Source: Azolla caroliniana
Taxonomy: Eukaryota; Plantae; Polypodiophyta
Length of the DNA stretch: 64,000 nt
Direction of reading: 5' to 3'
Assembly (NCBI GenBank): GCA_043228905.1
Contig: JBHGNT010000001.1
Location: 13,578,001-13,642,000 of the forward strand
Below are positions 12,680 to 23,253 of the stretch, in pieces (position 1 is the stretch's first letter; each line of letters opens with the position of its first letter). The notes under the pieces are model-generated. The model was not told where the DNA came from, searched no databases, and saw only the letters and a program-made list of their open reading frames with translations. Both the position numbers and the translations under genes were made by a program.

Positions 12680-15338
12680 AGTCGGATCATATTTGATATC
12701 GACTAATGGACCTCTTGTTGATTTGTAGTCAGCAAGTGTGTTGTCGACTACTCAGTCGGTTGCCACTATTTGTCAAACCTCTGATTCAGCCAAGTGAGTC
12801 TTCCGTCTATGACGAATTTGTTAGTGTCACAAGAGACTCTTTCGCTAACTATTTTTCGGTTGATTTCTCTCGGAGAGAATCAAGTCTTTATTGAAGACAA
12901 TGTCGCTACTTCGAATCAATTTCCGATTCTCTGGGACCATCAATTTCTGATTCTCCGGTTCCCATAGTCGATAGCCGAAATTCCCATAGGTTCCATAGAC
13001 AAGCAATATGTATTTCCTTGCATGGGGTGCCAACTTGGTCCTTTTCTCCATCGGGATGAATGTGTAGGCTTCACATTCGAATATACGGAGCCTATCATAG
13101 GTCGGTTGTTTGCATGACCATACTGCTTGCGGCACTTCGAGCCTTATTGCTTTCGACGGTGACAGGTTGAGCAGATAAACTCCTGTCTGCAATGCATCGA
13201 CGTAGAACTCAAGCTTCAGTCTGGCTTCCTAGAGCATTGTCGTCACCCTCTCGTGGATAATTTGGTTGATCCGTTCGGCCGTTCCATTCTACATGGGTGT
13301 GTATAGAACGGTCTTTTGGTGCCGAATCCCTTTGTTAGACAGGTACTGTTTGTAGGCTGGGGAGGTGTATTCACCTCCGTTGTCGGATCCAAGTGTCTTC
13401 ACTCTGTATCCCGATTGGTTCTCCACCTCGACTAACCATTGAGCAAAGATCTCGAATGCTTCGTCTTTGGACCTAATCGAATAGCCCCAGACCTTTTGTG
13501 TACAGACATCTCTAAATGTGATGAAGTACCAGGATCCGCCTAGAGATCTCTCGGGTATCGCCCACATATGTCTGTGTGGATCAGTTCTAGGGAATGTCGT
13601 ATTGTCTCATAGTGGAAAGAGTAAGGACTTTGGGTTTGTTTCCCCTATTAACAATGCTCGCAGTAGTCCGTCTTTGTTAGGAGTTCTAGAATGTAGTTGA
13701 CCGCCATCAGTTGATCGAGTCTAGCTTGAGAGATATAGTCGAGTTAGCCATGCCATAAGTTCGGGTCGGTCATTTCAACTACGTTCACAACCCCTTCTAG
13801 ATTGATCGCCATGATAGAATACAAGTTATTTTACTTGTGTCTGCTATTGATTTTCAGGTTTCCTTGGCTAATCATCCATGTCGACTCATTGAGAGTCGTT
13901 CCAAACCCATCTTCGGCTAACATGCCGATGGAGGCCAGACTCCTTTTAGATTGGGTACGTGTCGAACTTGGTGTAGGGTGATCATGTTGGCATTCAACAA
14001 TCGAATGGGAACCTCTCTGATTCTTGCAATTATACACTCGTACCCGTTGCCGAGTCGGACTGTGCCACTAGCGTCAGCCGAATAGTTCGAAAACCATTTT
14101 ATGTTCAGGGTCACATGGAATGTGGCATTGGATTCCAGCAACCACATATGTGCATCTTGCGCATTGTAGAGGACTTCTCCGATCATCAAGTCCTCTAAAG
14201 AGAGGATTTCTCCTAATCGGGTGTCAACAACATTTATTTGGTTGCCGATTGGAGAGTGGTTCAAGTTGCATCGTCCTCGATTCCGCTCAGATCACCAACC
14301 ACTCTCTCTCCTCATGATCGACCAACAGTCAGAAACACCGTAACCGGCTTTTCTACAATAGGTGCAAAATTCGCCAAGTCGACTGGTTCTCGGAATCGAC
14401 CATTGTCGGTCTCCACTCTTTCTTGATCGACTATGGATTCGATAAGTTCTGTCGGCTTGGTCTCTCGATCGACTAGTTTGGCTGATCGTCTGGGTCAATT
14501 TGAGATGGGCTTCCTCCAACTCATCAATGGTGAGTTCCATCAATTTTCGCCAAATATCCTTAGTGAGGAGTTGTTCGATTGTTTCGTCCAAATTGAGATT
14601 TAGACAATTGTTGGAGAATATCATGTAGAAAACCTCCCAACTTGCCGTCAAGCTCAATAGGAGGGCAAGGGCTTACATTTCTTCTTCGAAGTTAATCCCT
14701 TGGAAGGAGAGTTCAGATAACACCCAATTGAAGGTGTTGATGTGGGAAGTTGGTGGGTCTGTCTCTCTCATCTTCATGTTGAATAATTGTTGGATCAATA
14801 TCAACTTTGCAGAGGAGGACTTCTTTTCATGCACCGCCTATAACTTTTCCCACAAAGAGAAAGCTATCGTCTCTGTGGCCATGCTAAAATAGACATTTTC
14901 AGCCAAATGCATACGAATGGTCAACCTGACTATTTTGTCCAATGAGTGTCACTTTTCTATTGTCATCGAGGGTGGCTTGTTGGTATGCCAGATAGCTTCT
15001 CCTCTTAGCTTTTCTACTATTTGTGATTTCTGAACGACAAGTCGCTCTCATACCAGTTGTTGGCAGATATATGCAGAAGAACATGTGAGGACCTGTTGAT
15101 CTATGAACAACATACAATACAAATGTGTGATAAGAGAAAGAGGTAAGAAGGTAGACACACATATCTAAGCTTCAATGAAAGTTCTCTATTATTCTCTTTT
15201 TTGCAACTCTTACACTCTCTGAGACTCAAGATACAAGAAGATATTGTTACAACATTAGGTTAGAGCTTATATACCAAGCCCGAACTATTTGTACATGTTC
15301 ACACTAGGATACAAAGTGGAAGGATACGGCCTTTTGTG
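12680..15338 (-). mobile_element. Decayed Ty1/copia (family C): LTR/leader, gag, protease, integrase remnants
   Basis: FCTYCRKAGYGVSDC knuckle-like, WLLESNATFH protease, WYFITFRD..SDNGGEY integrase. Homologous to 43050-44222 and 62150-63790. Confidence 0.8.
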
Positions 15339-17045
15339 CCAATAGCTATAAGACCAAAAATACTACATTTCACGTGATGTGTGTGAAAGTGAGTTGTGAA
15401 TCTTGATGTTCAAGAACTTTACCAATGAATCTTGCAATCAAAAGTGCAGATTGTGGTTGTGAGAGAAATGTGCAAGGATTGGGCTTAGTCAAAGATTGTG
15501 ATGTACACATAACGTTGGTGAGGGTAGGTCACTAATATTTACATTAGTGAAGGGTATGTTCACTAATGTTAAAAAGGGGGCTAATGTTATTGGATAGAAG
15601 GAATGATAGGTGCATGCACTATCATGATTTGGGCAACCAATGAATGGAGACCCTTTTAGAAAGGTACATCTTTAAGGGGCCTAGGAAAAGGTATAAATAT
15701 GAGGCTTAGCTACCCTCATAAGCACATTACATCGAAAGGTTGTTGTCTTAGACACCGGTGGTGCAAGCTGGGCTTTCGTCTTGACAATCGTGTTTATCTC
15801 TTCGAAGGTAATAGTCATCCTAATATCTGGCAGTATGGGACGTCGGTGGAAGGTTGGCTATGTCTAGATCATAGCTCAGGGTTGGTCGGGTAGATCGGGT
15901 TCTTCTATCTATTCTATTTTCCTTCTTTTACTTTACTTTGGTCTATTGATTAGTAATAGACTCTTAACAAAGATATGTAGAAAGCATGGTTGAATATTAT
16001 TAAAGCTAGGGCATTGTATCAAAGTGTGATACTCGTATTCTCAAACTTGTTCAAGGCAAAGTGTGCATATCAGACCATTGTCCCTGACATTGCAATGCAT
16101 GTGAGCTAAATCCCATGGAAGCAATGGTTCGAATGGTAGATAATGGGATGGCTTCTAACATGTATCGATGCGTACATATGTAGTATAATATGGTTTTGTA
16201 GTTGGGTGCAACATATGTAGTATAATATGTGAAGCATGAGCCTCCACACTTGTACCATGTCATGATATATTGGCATTGCAAAAAGTCCTCATTTACAAAT
16301 GAATCTAGTGATGCATCATGATAGGGTGTATAAGACAAAGGATTGTCGTACACAATATGAGGGCTTGACCAAGCATATTAGAGAGAGTTGTGAATTAAAA
16401 TAGATTATAACGACCAAGGTAACTACGAATTAGAGAGGGAGACTCAAGAAATTAACGCAAAAGATAGAGAAGATGAGAAAGGGGTAAGAATGTTATAATA
16501 TTCAATTATCAAGACCAAACAAAGGAGATAAACTCCACATTGAACTAAAAAAGCAAAGACCTTCTTACTTCCAATCTGTCGTGACTTGAGAATAGGAGAG
16601 AGAAAAATAAGATGACAGTAAAAGGTAGAGGGAGAGAGAGAGAGAGAGAAAGAACACTAGAAATGTAAAGAGAGTTTATATTATAAGAGAGCAAGGATTA
16701 CAAAGAGTAGGCTAAGGGGCTACAAACTGGTGTTGAACCGAATGAGTTGTGATGAATGAATAGACACCTATTTATAGGTCCTTATGGAGTATTCTAGAAT
16801 GTTCTAGAATATTTTAGATATTTATGATATTTAATATAATCATGGAATATCCTAGAATGTTCTAGGATACTCTAGATTGTTCTGGAATACTCTAGAATGT
16901 TCTAGAATACTCTAAATGTCTTGTAATAACTAATAATACATTTATTATAACTATACATCATATATGTTAGTATAATGGTTAAAGGTCTAACATATAGACC
17001 AAGACGTCTTGGGCTCGAATCCTTGTAAGGCCAAAATGTATGTCG

Positions 17046-20000
17046 TCATGACATTATCCCCGCTTTTCGACGACGAGTTCCACGAGTCGGAAGACAAGAT
17101 TTCGGACTTGGCTTATGAGGATATTTGTTGTGAAATGCAGCAACCATTTCGGAGGCATTAGCAAGATTCTCAAGAGGTTCCCATGTTCGATCATTAGGTG
17201 TATAACCTAAGCAGTCAACCAAATAATACAGTTTGTTACGAATGATCTTGGAGTCGAGAATGGCAACAACTTCATATTCGGAGCCATCCGAAACTTCGAT
17301 TGGAGGTGGGGGAGATGTAAGACGGCCTAGAATAGAGCTGGTTGTGTACGGCTCCAAAAGTGAAACATGGAAGACCGGGTGAAGATGCATATGAGGGGGA
17401 AGATCAAGGTGAAATGCCACATCATTGATCTTACCAGATATCATATATGGGCCAAAACGTTGATAATCCAATTTGCAGCAAGGTCGGGTTGTTTTAATGC
17501 GACCTTGTAAAAGCCATACTCGATCCCCCACTTGAAACGTAGTCGATGAATCACGTCGATGACGGTCGGCAACCTTCTTTTGAGTGTTTTGAGCATCACA
17601 TAAATGATGCAAAAGGATATCTTGAACTTCTTGGAGTCGGGTGAGCCGATCTTCAGTAGTCGGGTTTGTCGGGAGTTCGGGATGTTCAAGCATAGTCCAA
17701 CGAGGATGGTACCCAATGTTTGCAAAAAATGGGGAATATCCAGTAGAAGAATGTTCTGAGTTGTTGTAAGCAAATTCCGCCAAATGTAATAGATCAACCC
17801 AATCATCTTGTTGATAGTTGACAAAACAACGAAGATATTGTTCTACTGTTTGGTTGGTGCGCTCACTCTGTCCGTTAGTTTCTGGATGGTAGCCGGAAGA
17901 GAGTTTGCAAGAAGTATGTAAGAGTTTGAACATGTGCCGCCAAAATTTTGAGATGAATTGGGGACCCTGATCACTGATAATATCATCAGGAAGACCATGA
18001 TGCCAAAACACCTCTCGCATGAGTAACTCGGTTGTCTCTTGGCTCGTAATGGCCTTTGTGCAGGGAAGAAAATGTGCCATCTTGGTAAAACGATCTACTA
18101 CCGTGAGAATAGAATCAAAACCCTTAGAAAGTGGTAGATCCGTAATGAAGTCCAATGAAATAGATTTCCATGGACTCTCAGGAATAGGCATTGGTTGTAA
18201 TAAGCCATATGGATGATGTCGAGGTTTTTTGGATCGGCAACATGTATCACAACTACGAACATAATCCGCAACAAAATGGCGAAGTCGTGGCCACCAATAC
18301 CTTCGAGAAATTAACACCAAAGTCTTGTGGATGCCAAAATGTCCAGCCATTGGTGTATCATGACATTGTTGCAAGACATGGAGTCGAGAAGGACCATCAG
18401 GCACATATAGGAGATTTTGTCGAAAAAGTAAACCATCATGCCAATTGAACTGGTTGTAGTCTTGACGAGGATTTTGAGATTGTGAACAAGAAGCACGATC
18501 TGGGATAATATGGTTCAAAATATCTTGGGCGAATTCATCAGTCTCAATATGCTCCCGAATGGAGTCTAGAAGACTTGAATCCTCGGGTGTGTCTATAGCA
18601 TGAAAAGCCATTAGTCGTAGACGGTCAGGACCCAAGAGGATTTGCTTCTAACTTTCAAATGCGGCCTCTCCTGGTTGAAGTTCCATATATGAACGCCGAG
18701 ATAAAGCATCTGCTTTGCCTTGTTGCGTCCCAGGGCGATATAGAATTACGAAATCAAAACGAGTTAAAAATTGCGCCCAACGAGCTTGTCGACGACTCAA
18801 ACGTTAGATTTTTGTGATCATTATAGACAATGATTTGTTGAGACGAACCCTCCAAAAAATGACGCGTTGAAAAGAATCCACAATGGCAAGAAGCTCTTTG
18901 TCGTGAATCTCATAGTTGATTTCTGCAGCTTCGAATTTCCGTGAATGAAAAGCCACAGGGTGCAGTTGGCCATCATTGCTAATCTAGGATAATACGCTTC
19001 CTAGTGCGAAGTCAGATGCATCAGCTTCCAGTATAAAGCGCTTCAATGGATCAACATGAATCAAAATTGGTGCGGATGTAAATGCTTGCTTTAATCCTTC
19101 AAATGCAAAGTTTGCATTTATACTCCACACAAATGGTTGATTCTTCTGTGTCAGTTGAGTGAGGGGCAATACGATCTTTGAATAATCTTTGATGAACTTG
19201 CGATAAAAGTTTGCGAACCCTAAAAAACATTGTACATCTCGCACAGACTGTGGTGTTTGCCAATCCAAAACTGTTTGAACCTTTGCTGGATCCATAGAGA
19301 TGCCATGTGAAGAGACTATGTACCCCAAAAATTCCACTTGACGCTGGTCAAAGCTACACTTCTCCAATTTTGCATAGAGACCATGTTCACGCAACCGTTG
19401 CAAAGCTTGTCGAACATGTATATCATGATCCTCTTGAGTTTTTGAGTAGATCAAGATATCATCTAGGTAAATTATGATGAAAATATCGAGGAAATCTCGA
19501 AAAATGTCATTCGCCATATGTTGGAAAACTGTTGGTGCATTCGTGAGACCAAATGGCATCACTGTATACTCAAAATGGCCATAGCGAGTACGAAAAGCAG
19601 TCTTCCATTCATCCCCAGGACGAATTCGAACAAGATTGTAAGCACCTCGAAGATCTAACTTTGTGAAATACTTAGCTCCATTGAGGCGTTCCAGAAGGCT
19701 CGAAATCAATGGTAGAGCATATCGGTTTTAAATAGTTACTTTATTCAATCCTCGATAATCCACGACCAAACAAAGCGAACCATCTTTCTTCTTAACGAAA
19801 AATATGGGTGCGCCGGCAGGAGATCTTGAATGCTGGATAAACCCATTTGCCAAGTTCTCATCGATATATTCCCGAAGAACCTCTAACTCTGTGGGTGAAA
19901 GGTTATAAATTAGCCCCCATGGAGGCTCTTTTCCAGGCTGCAAATCAATCGGGCAATCATATGGTCGATGCTCTAGTAGTCTATTGGCCTTCACCTTATC

Positions 20001-20627
20001 AAAAACATCGGAGAATTCTATATATTTCTTCGGTAGTTGGACCCCTGATTCTTGTGAGCTCGATGTGGGAGTTGCTAAAACCGCGAACACCAACATGTCT
20101 TCCTTCCGTCCTTCCTCACGTAATTGATGTATAGAGATTGTCGAAATCTTTTGGAATGTCATATCCTTTGTTGGAGTTTTAAGAGGCTCAGACTGTATTG
20201 TGACTTCTTCGATGGTTCTTTTTCTCCAATCAATAGTTGGGTTATGTAGCTCAAACCATGGAAGACCAAGAACTAGGGAGTGCTCTGGACTACTAATGAT
20301 GTTGAATGAGATGACACTAGCCAAATTGCCTAGGACTACATGAATTGGTTTAGACTCTTCAACTATATCACCTGATGCTATGGGGCGTCCATCAATGACT
20401 CCAACTGACACTGGGCTTGGTAGCTTATGCAACTGAATATTATGCATTACAGCAAACTCACGATCCATGAAACAAGAGTTGGCTCCAGAGTCTAAGAGGG
20501 CAAAAGCTGGGACTCGATGGCACCTAGATGTCTTAAGCTCAACTTGTGCAGAGAAAACTCGACTAACTTGACCGGATGAAATGGAACCACAACTAGGGAC
20601 GGACGTTACATGCCTAGGGTTGTCCAA
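17046..20627 (-). pseudogene. pol: Chromovirus pol (protease, RT, RNase H, integrase, chromodomain) with a few stops and a frameshift
   Basis: LLDSGA, YLDDILI, EADASDF, HHCC zinc finger, FITDLP, GPY-like motif and EYEVVAILDSK..TWEP chromodomain. Stops at 19728 and 18984; frame disruption near 18800. Confidence 0.92.
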
Positions 20628-20794
20628 CCAAATGGCTCCGATTTTGGCCGGACTTACTCGTTTAACACATCATCTAATTGGCTCAAGACATCAAATGTAT
20701 TTTTATGACAAGGACTACTAGGCCTACCTGGGTTACGAGAAGGCGGGGCAGAAATTGAGATGGGATTGTCATGAGCACTTACTTGGTTAACTTG

Positions 20795-21772
20795 TCATCG
20801 TGGTTTATGTGGACAATTCACAGCAATATGCCCTGGACCACCACAATAGAGGCATAGACGATTCGCTCGCCGTCGTTGCTTTTCAGCATCCGATAATGGT
20901 CCTCGACGTCGTGTTGTCTCGATTTCCATTGAAGTAGGGCCTTCCACCACACTTGACTTTGATACATGGGGTGGAGTTGCAACCACCGAAGCATATGTTT
21001 CTGTTGATCGAAAGCGTAACATTTGTTGGCGCTCAGAACGCCGCTCAAATAAGCGATTGTCACATCGCACGGCCCGGCTTACTGCTTCAGTAAGAGATTT
21101 TGGATCATCATGGAAGGTAAGAAGTAAATCCTTCACATCATTGCGCAAACCTTGACGAAATTGGTCCATTAATGCCGCCTCGTCCCATGGAATATCACAT
21201 GCTAGAAGGCGAAAATCTGCAGCATAAGCGGAAGCAGGACGATCTCCTTGTCGTAATCGCCGAATTTTGTTTACTGCAGTCCTCATACTATCAGTGTGTC
21301 CAAAGTTGGCTTGGAACTCATTAATAAACCCTTCAAAATCTTCTAATAATGGTGAGTGCTTCTCTAGGAGTGGTGCAAACCACGCTAATGCGGTACCCGT
21401 TAACAAGGTACCAACTAGACCCACACGAGCAACATCAGTTGGGTAACGGCTAGGATGCAATTTAATCACAAGCTGTACCTGATTTAAAAATCCACGAAAT
21501 TGAGACCTTGTACCATCAAACTTGGCCGGCAGACTAATCTTGGGTTCCTTCGGCGAGGTTTGAACTTCCGCCGCTTGTCGTTGCAATAGAGTAGTCTCCA
21601 ATTGATGCACTTGTTGAGATAATTCTTCATATTGTTGTACTTTCTCAGCACTTACTTGTTGTAGGTCTCCCAGCAATCTTTGATTTTCATGCTCTAGTGC
21701 CACGAATTTGGTTGTTAGCATTTTGAGCTCGGAGAGGACACGCATATATTCTTGCTTGCTGACGAACTCCAT
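20795..21772 (-). CDS. gag: Chromovirus Gag (coiled coil, retrotransposon gag, CCHC knuckle)
   Basis: Intact 325-aa ORF with PAKFDG, LRQG..ASAYAADF and CLYCGGPGHIAVNC. Confidence 0.9.
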   Translation of the reverse strand: MEFVSKQEYMRVLSELKMLTTKFVALEHENQRLLGDLQQVSAEKVQQYEELSQQVHQLETTLLQRQAAEVQTSPKEPKISLPAKFDGTRSQFRGFLNQVQLVIKLHPSRYPTDVARVGLVGTLLTGTALAWFAPLLEKHSPLLEDFEGFINEFQANFGHTDSMRTAVNKIRRLRQGDRPASAYAADFRLLACDIPWDEAALMDQFRQGLRNDVKDLLLTFHDDPKSLTEAVSRAVRCDNRLFERRSERQQMLRFRSTETYASVVATPPHVSKSSVVEGPTSMEIETTRRRGPLSDAEKQRRRANRLCLYCGGPGHIAVNCPHKPR

Positions 21773-22080
21773 AGTTACGATAGAAATTTGCTAGATTTGG
21801 TTGAATAAGGTTAAGATAAGAAGAAGAAGTTGGAGAAGAAGAAAAGAGATAGATTTGGTTCAAACTGTCATGACTTGAGAATAGGAGAGAGAAAAATAAG
21901 ATGACAGTAAAAGGTAGAGGGAGAGAGAGAGAGAGAGAAAGAACACTAGAAATGTAAAGAGAGTTTATATTATAAGAGAGCAAGGATTACAAAGAGTAGG
22001 CTAAGGGGCTACAAACTGGTGTTGAACCGAATGAGTTGTGATGAATGAATAGACACCTATTTATAGGTCCTTATGGAGTA

Positions 22081-22203
22081 TTCTAGAATGTTCTAGAATA
22101 TTTTAGATATTTATGATATTTAATATAATCATGGAATATCCTAGAATGTTCTAGGATACTCTAGATTGTTCTGGAATACTCTAGAATGTTCTAGAATACT
22201 CTA
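22081..22203. promoter_or_regulatory. Heat-shock-element-like arrays in the chromovirus LTR U3 (copy at 16792-16914)
   Basis: TTCtaGAAtgTTCtaGAA plus further nGAAn/nTTCn 5-bp-phased units, immediately upstream (element orientation) of TATAAATA at 22065-22058. Confidence 0.65.
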
Positions 22204-23046
22204 AATGTCTTGTAATAACTAATAATACATTTATTATAACCATACATCATATATGTTAGTATAATGGTTAAAGGTCTAACGTATAGTCCAAGATGTCTTG
22301 GGCTCGAATCCTTGTAAGGCCAAAATGTATGTCGTCATGACACAATCACTCAAACCCACTACTAAACCCTTTCTCTTCCACTAATACACCTCTTCCCAAG
22401 CCTCCTCCTCCTCTATTAGGACCCCCCTTCCAGGATTATCACTTCCTCTTTTATAAATTTTTTCTTCGTCCTTGTTCACACTATTTTTAGAAGCTTTTTA
22501 TCTCCAATTTTTAGTTAAGACCCAATGACCCTCTAATTGTCATATCTCCCTCATCCGAGCTCCCAATTTAGAGATTTAAAAAGCTACAAATAGCTCTTGT
22601 TGCGAGCTTTCTAACCCATATTTGCATATGATATTTGGTTTCCAAACGAGAGAGTTATGACCATTCGTTTTAGACTGTTTTTTAGGTGGCTCGCTTTTTC
22701 TCTCTTTACTTTATTCTTTGTCTCTTACTTTTACTTTTGACTTTTTCTTAAGATATTGGTTTGTGTTCTTTGGCTCAAAATGTGAATGCTCCATACCTTA
22801 TATTCTTCTAACGTTCAACGGCTTCAATTCTAAAAACACTTTCACACATCATAAATCAAGTGTCTTGCATCCCATTTAGCAAACCATTTTTCCATATCTT
22901 GCATCTAACTAAAACACAAAATTTTGCTTTTATTCATCTTTTGGATCTTTTTTCTTGCTTCCCATGCTATTCTAAGAAGTTGTTGTGCGGAACTTAATTG
23001 AGCCCTTTCCATGGCCACGATCTCAATGGGAAGAAATCCTATCTCA

Positions 23047-23082
<36 letters not shown>

Positions 23083-23253
23083 AAGAAAGAAAGAGAGATA
23101 TATTAACGTCTTCTAAGGCCAAATTTGGCCCATGAGACAAATAGGTTACAACAAAAATGAGTGTTTATCCAATCATCAAAACTAAAAATAAAAGAAAATA
23201 GCTTAAGCTAAGAAAGTTCTAGTAGTGTACAAAACTTTGCAGTAAGCCTAATC

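Larger units (their letters stand above)
16577..22342 (-). mobile_element. Ty3/gypsy chromovirus (Tcn1/Tf1-sushi-like), full length; LTRs 16577-17053 and 21866-22342
   Basis: 477-bp LTRs with about 5 differences by eye; TGTC..GACA termini; TSD CAATC; PPT GAAAAGCGGGGATAA; gag-PR-RT-RH-IN-chromodomain order. Confidence 0.95.

Noticed and set aside
136-13700. Many short antisense ORFs in the ORF track
   Set aside because: They are shadows of copia coding strands or LTR sequence with no independent motifs.
15320-15340. Family C copies apparently ending at the same point as 44222, suggesting a non-LTR terminus
   Set aside because: The 44222 end is explained by the LTR insertion at 44225; there is no independent evidence for a defined terminus.
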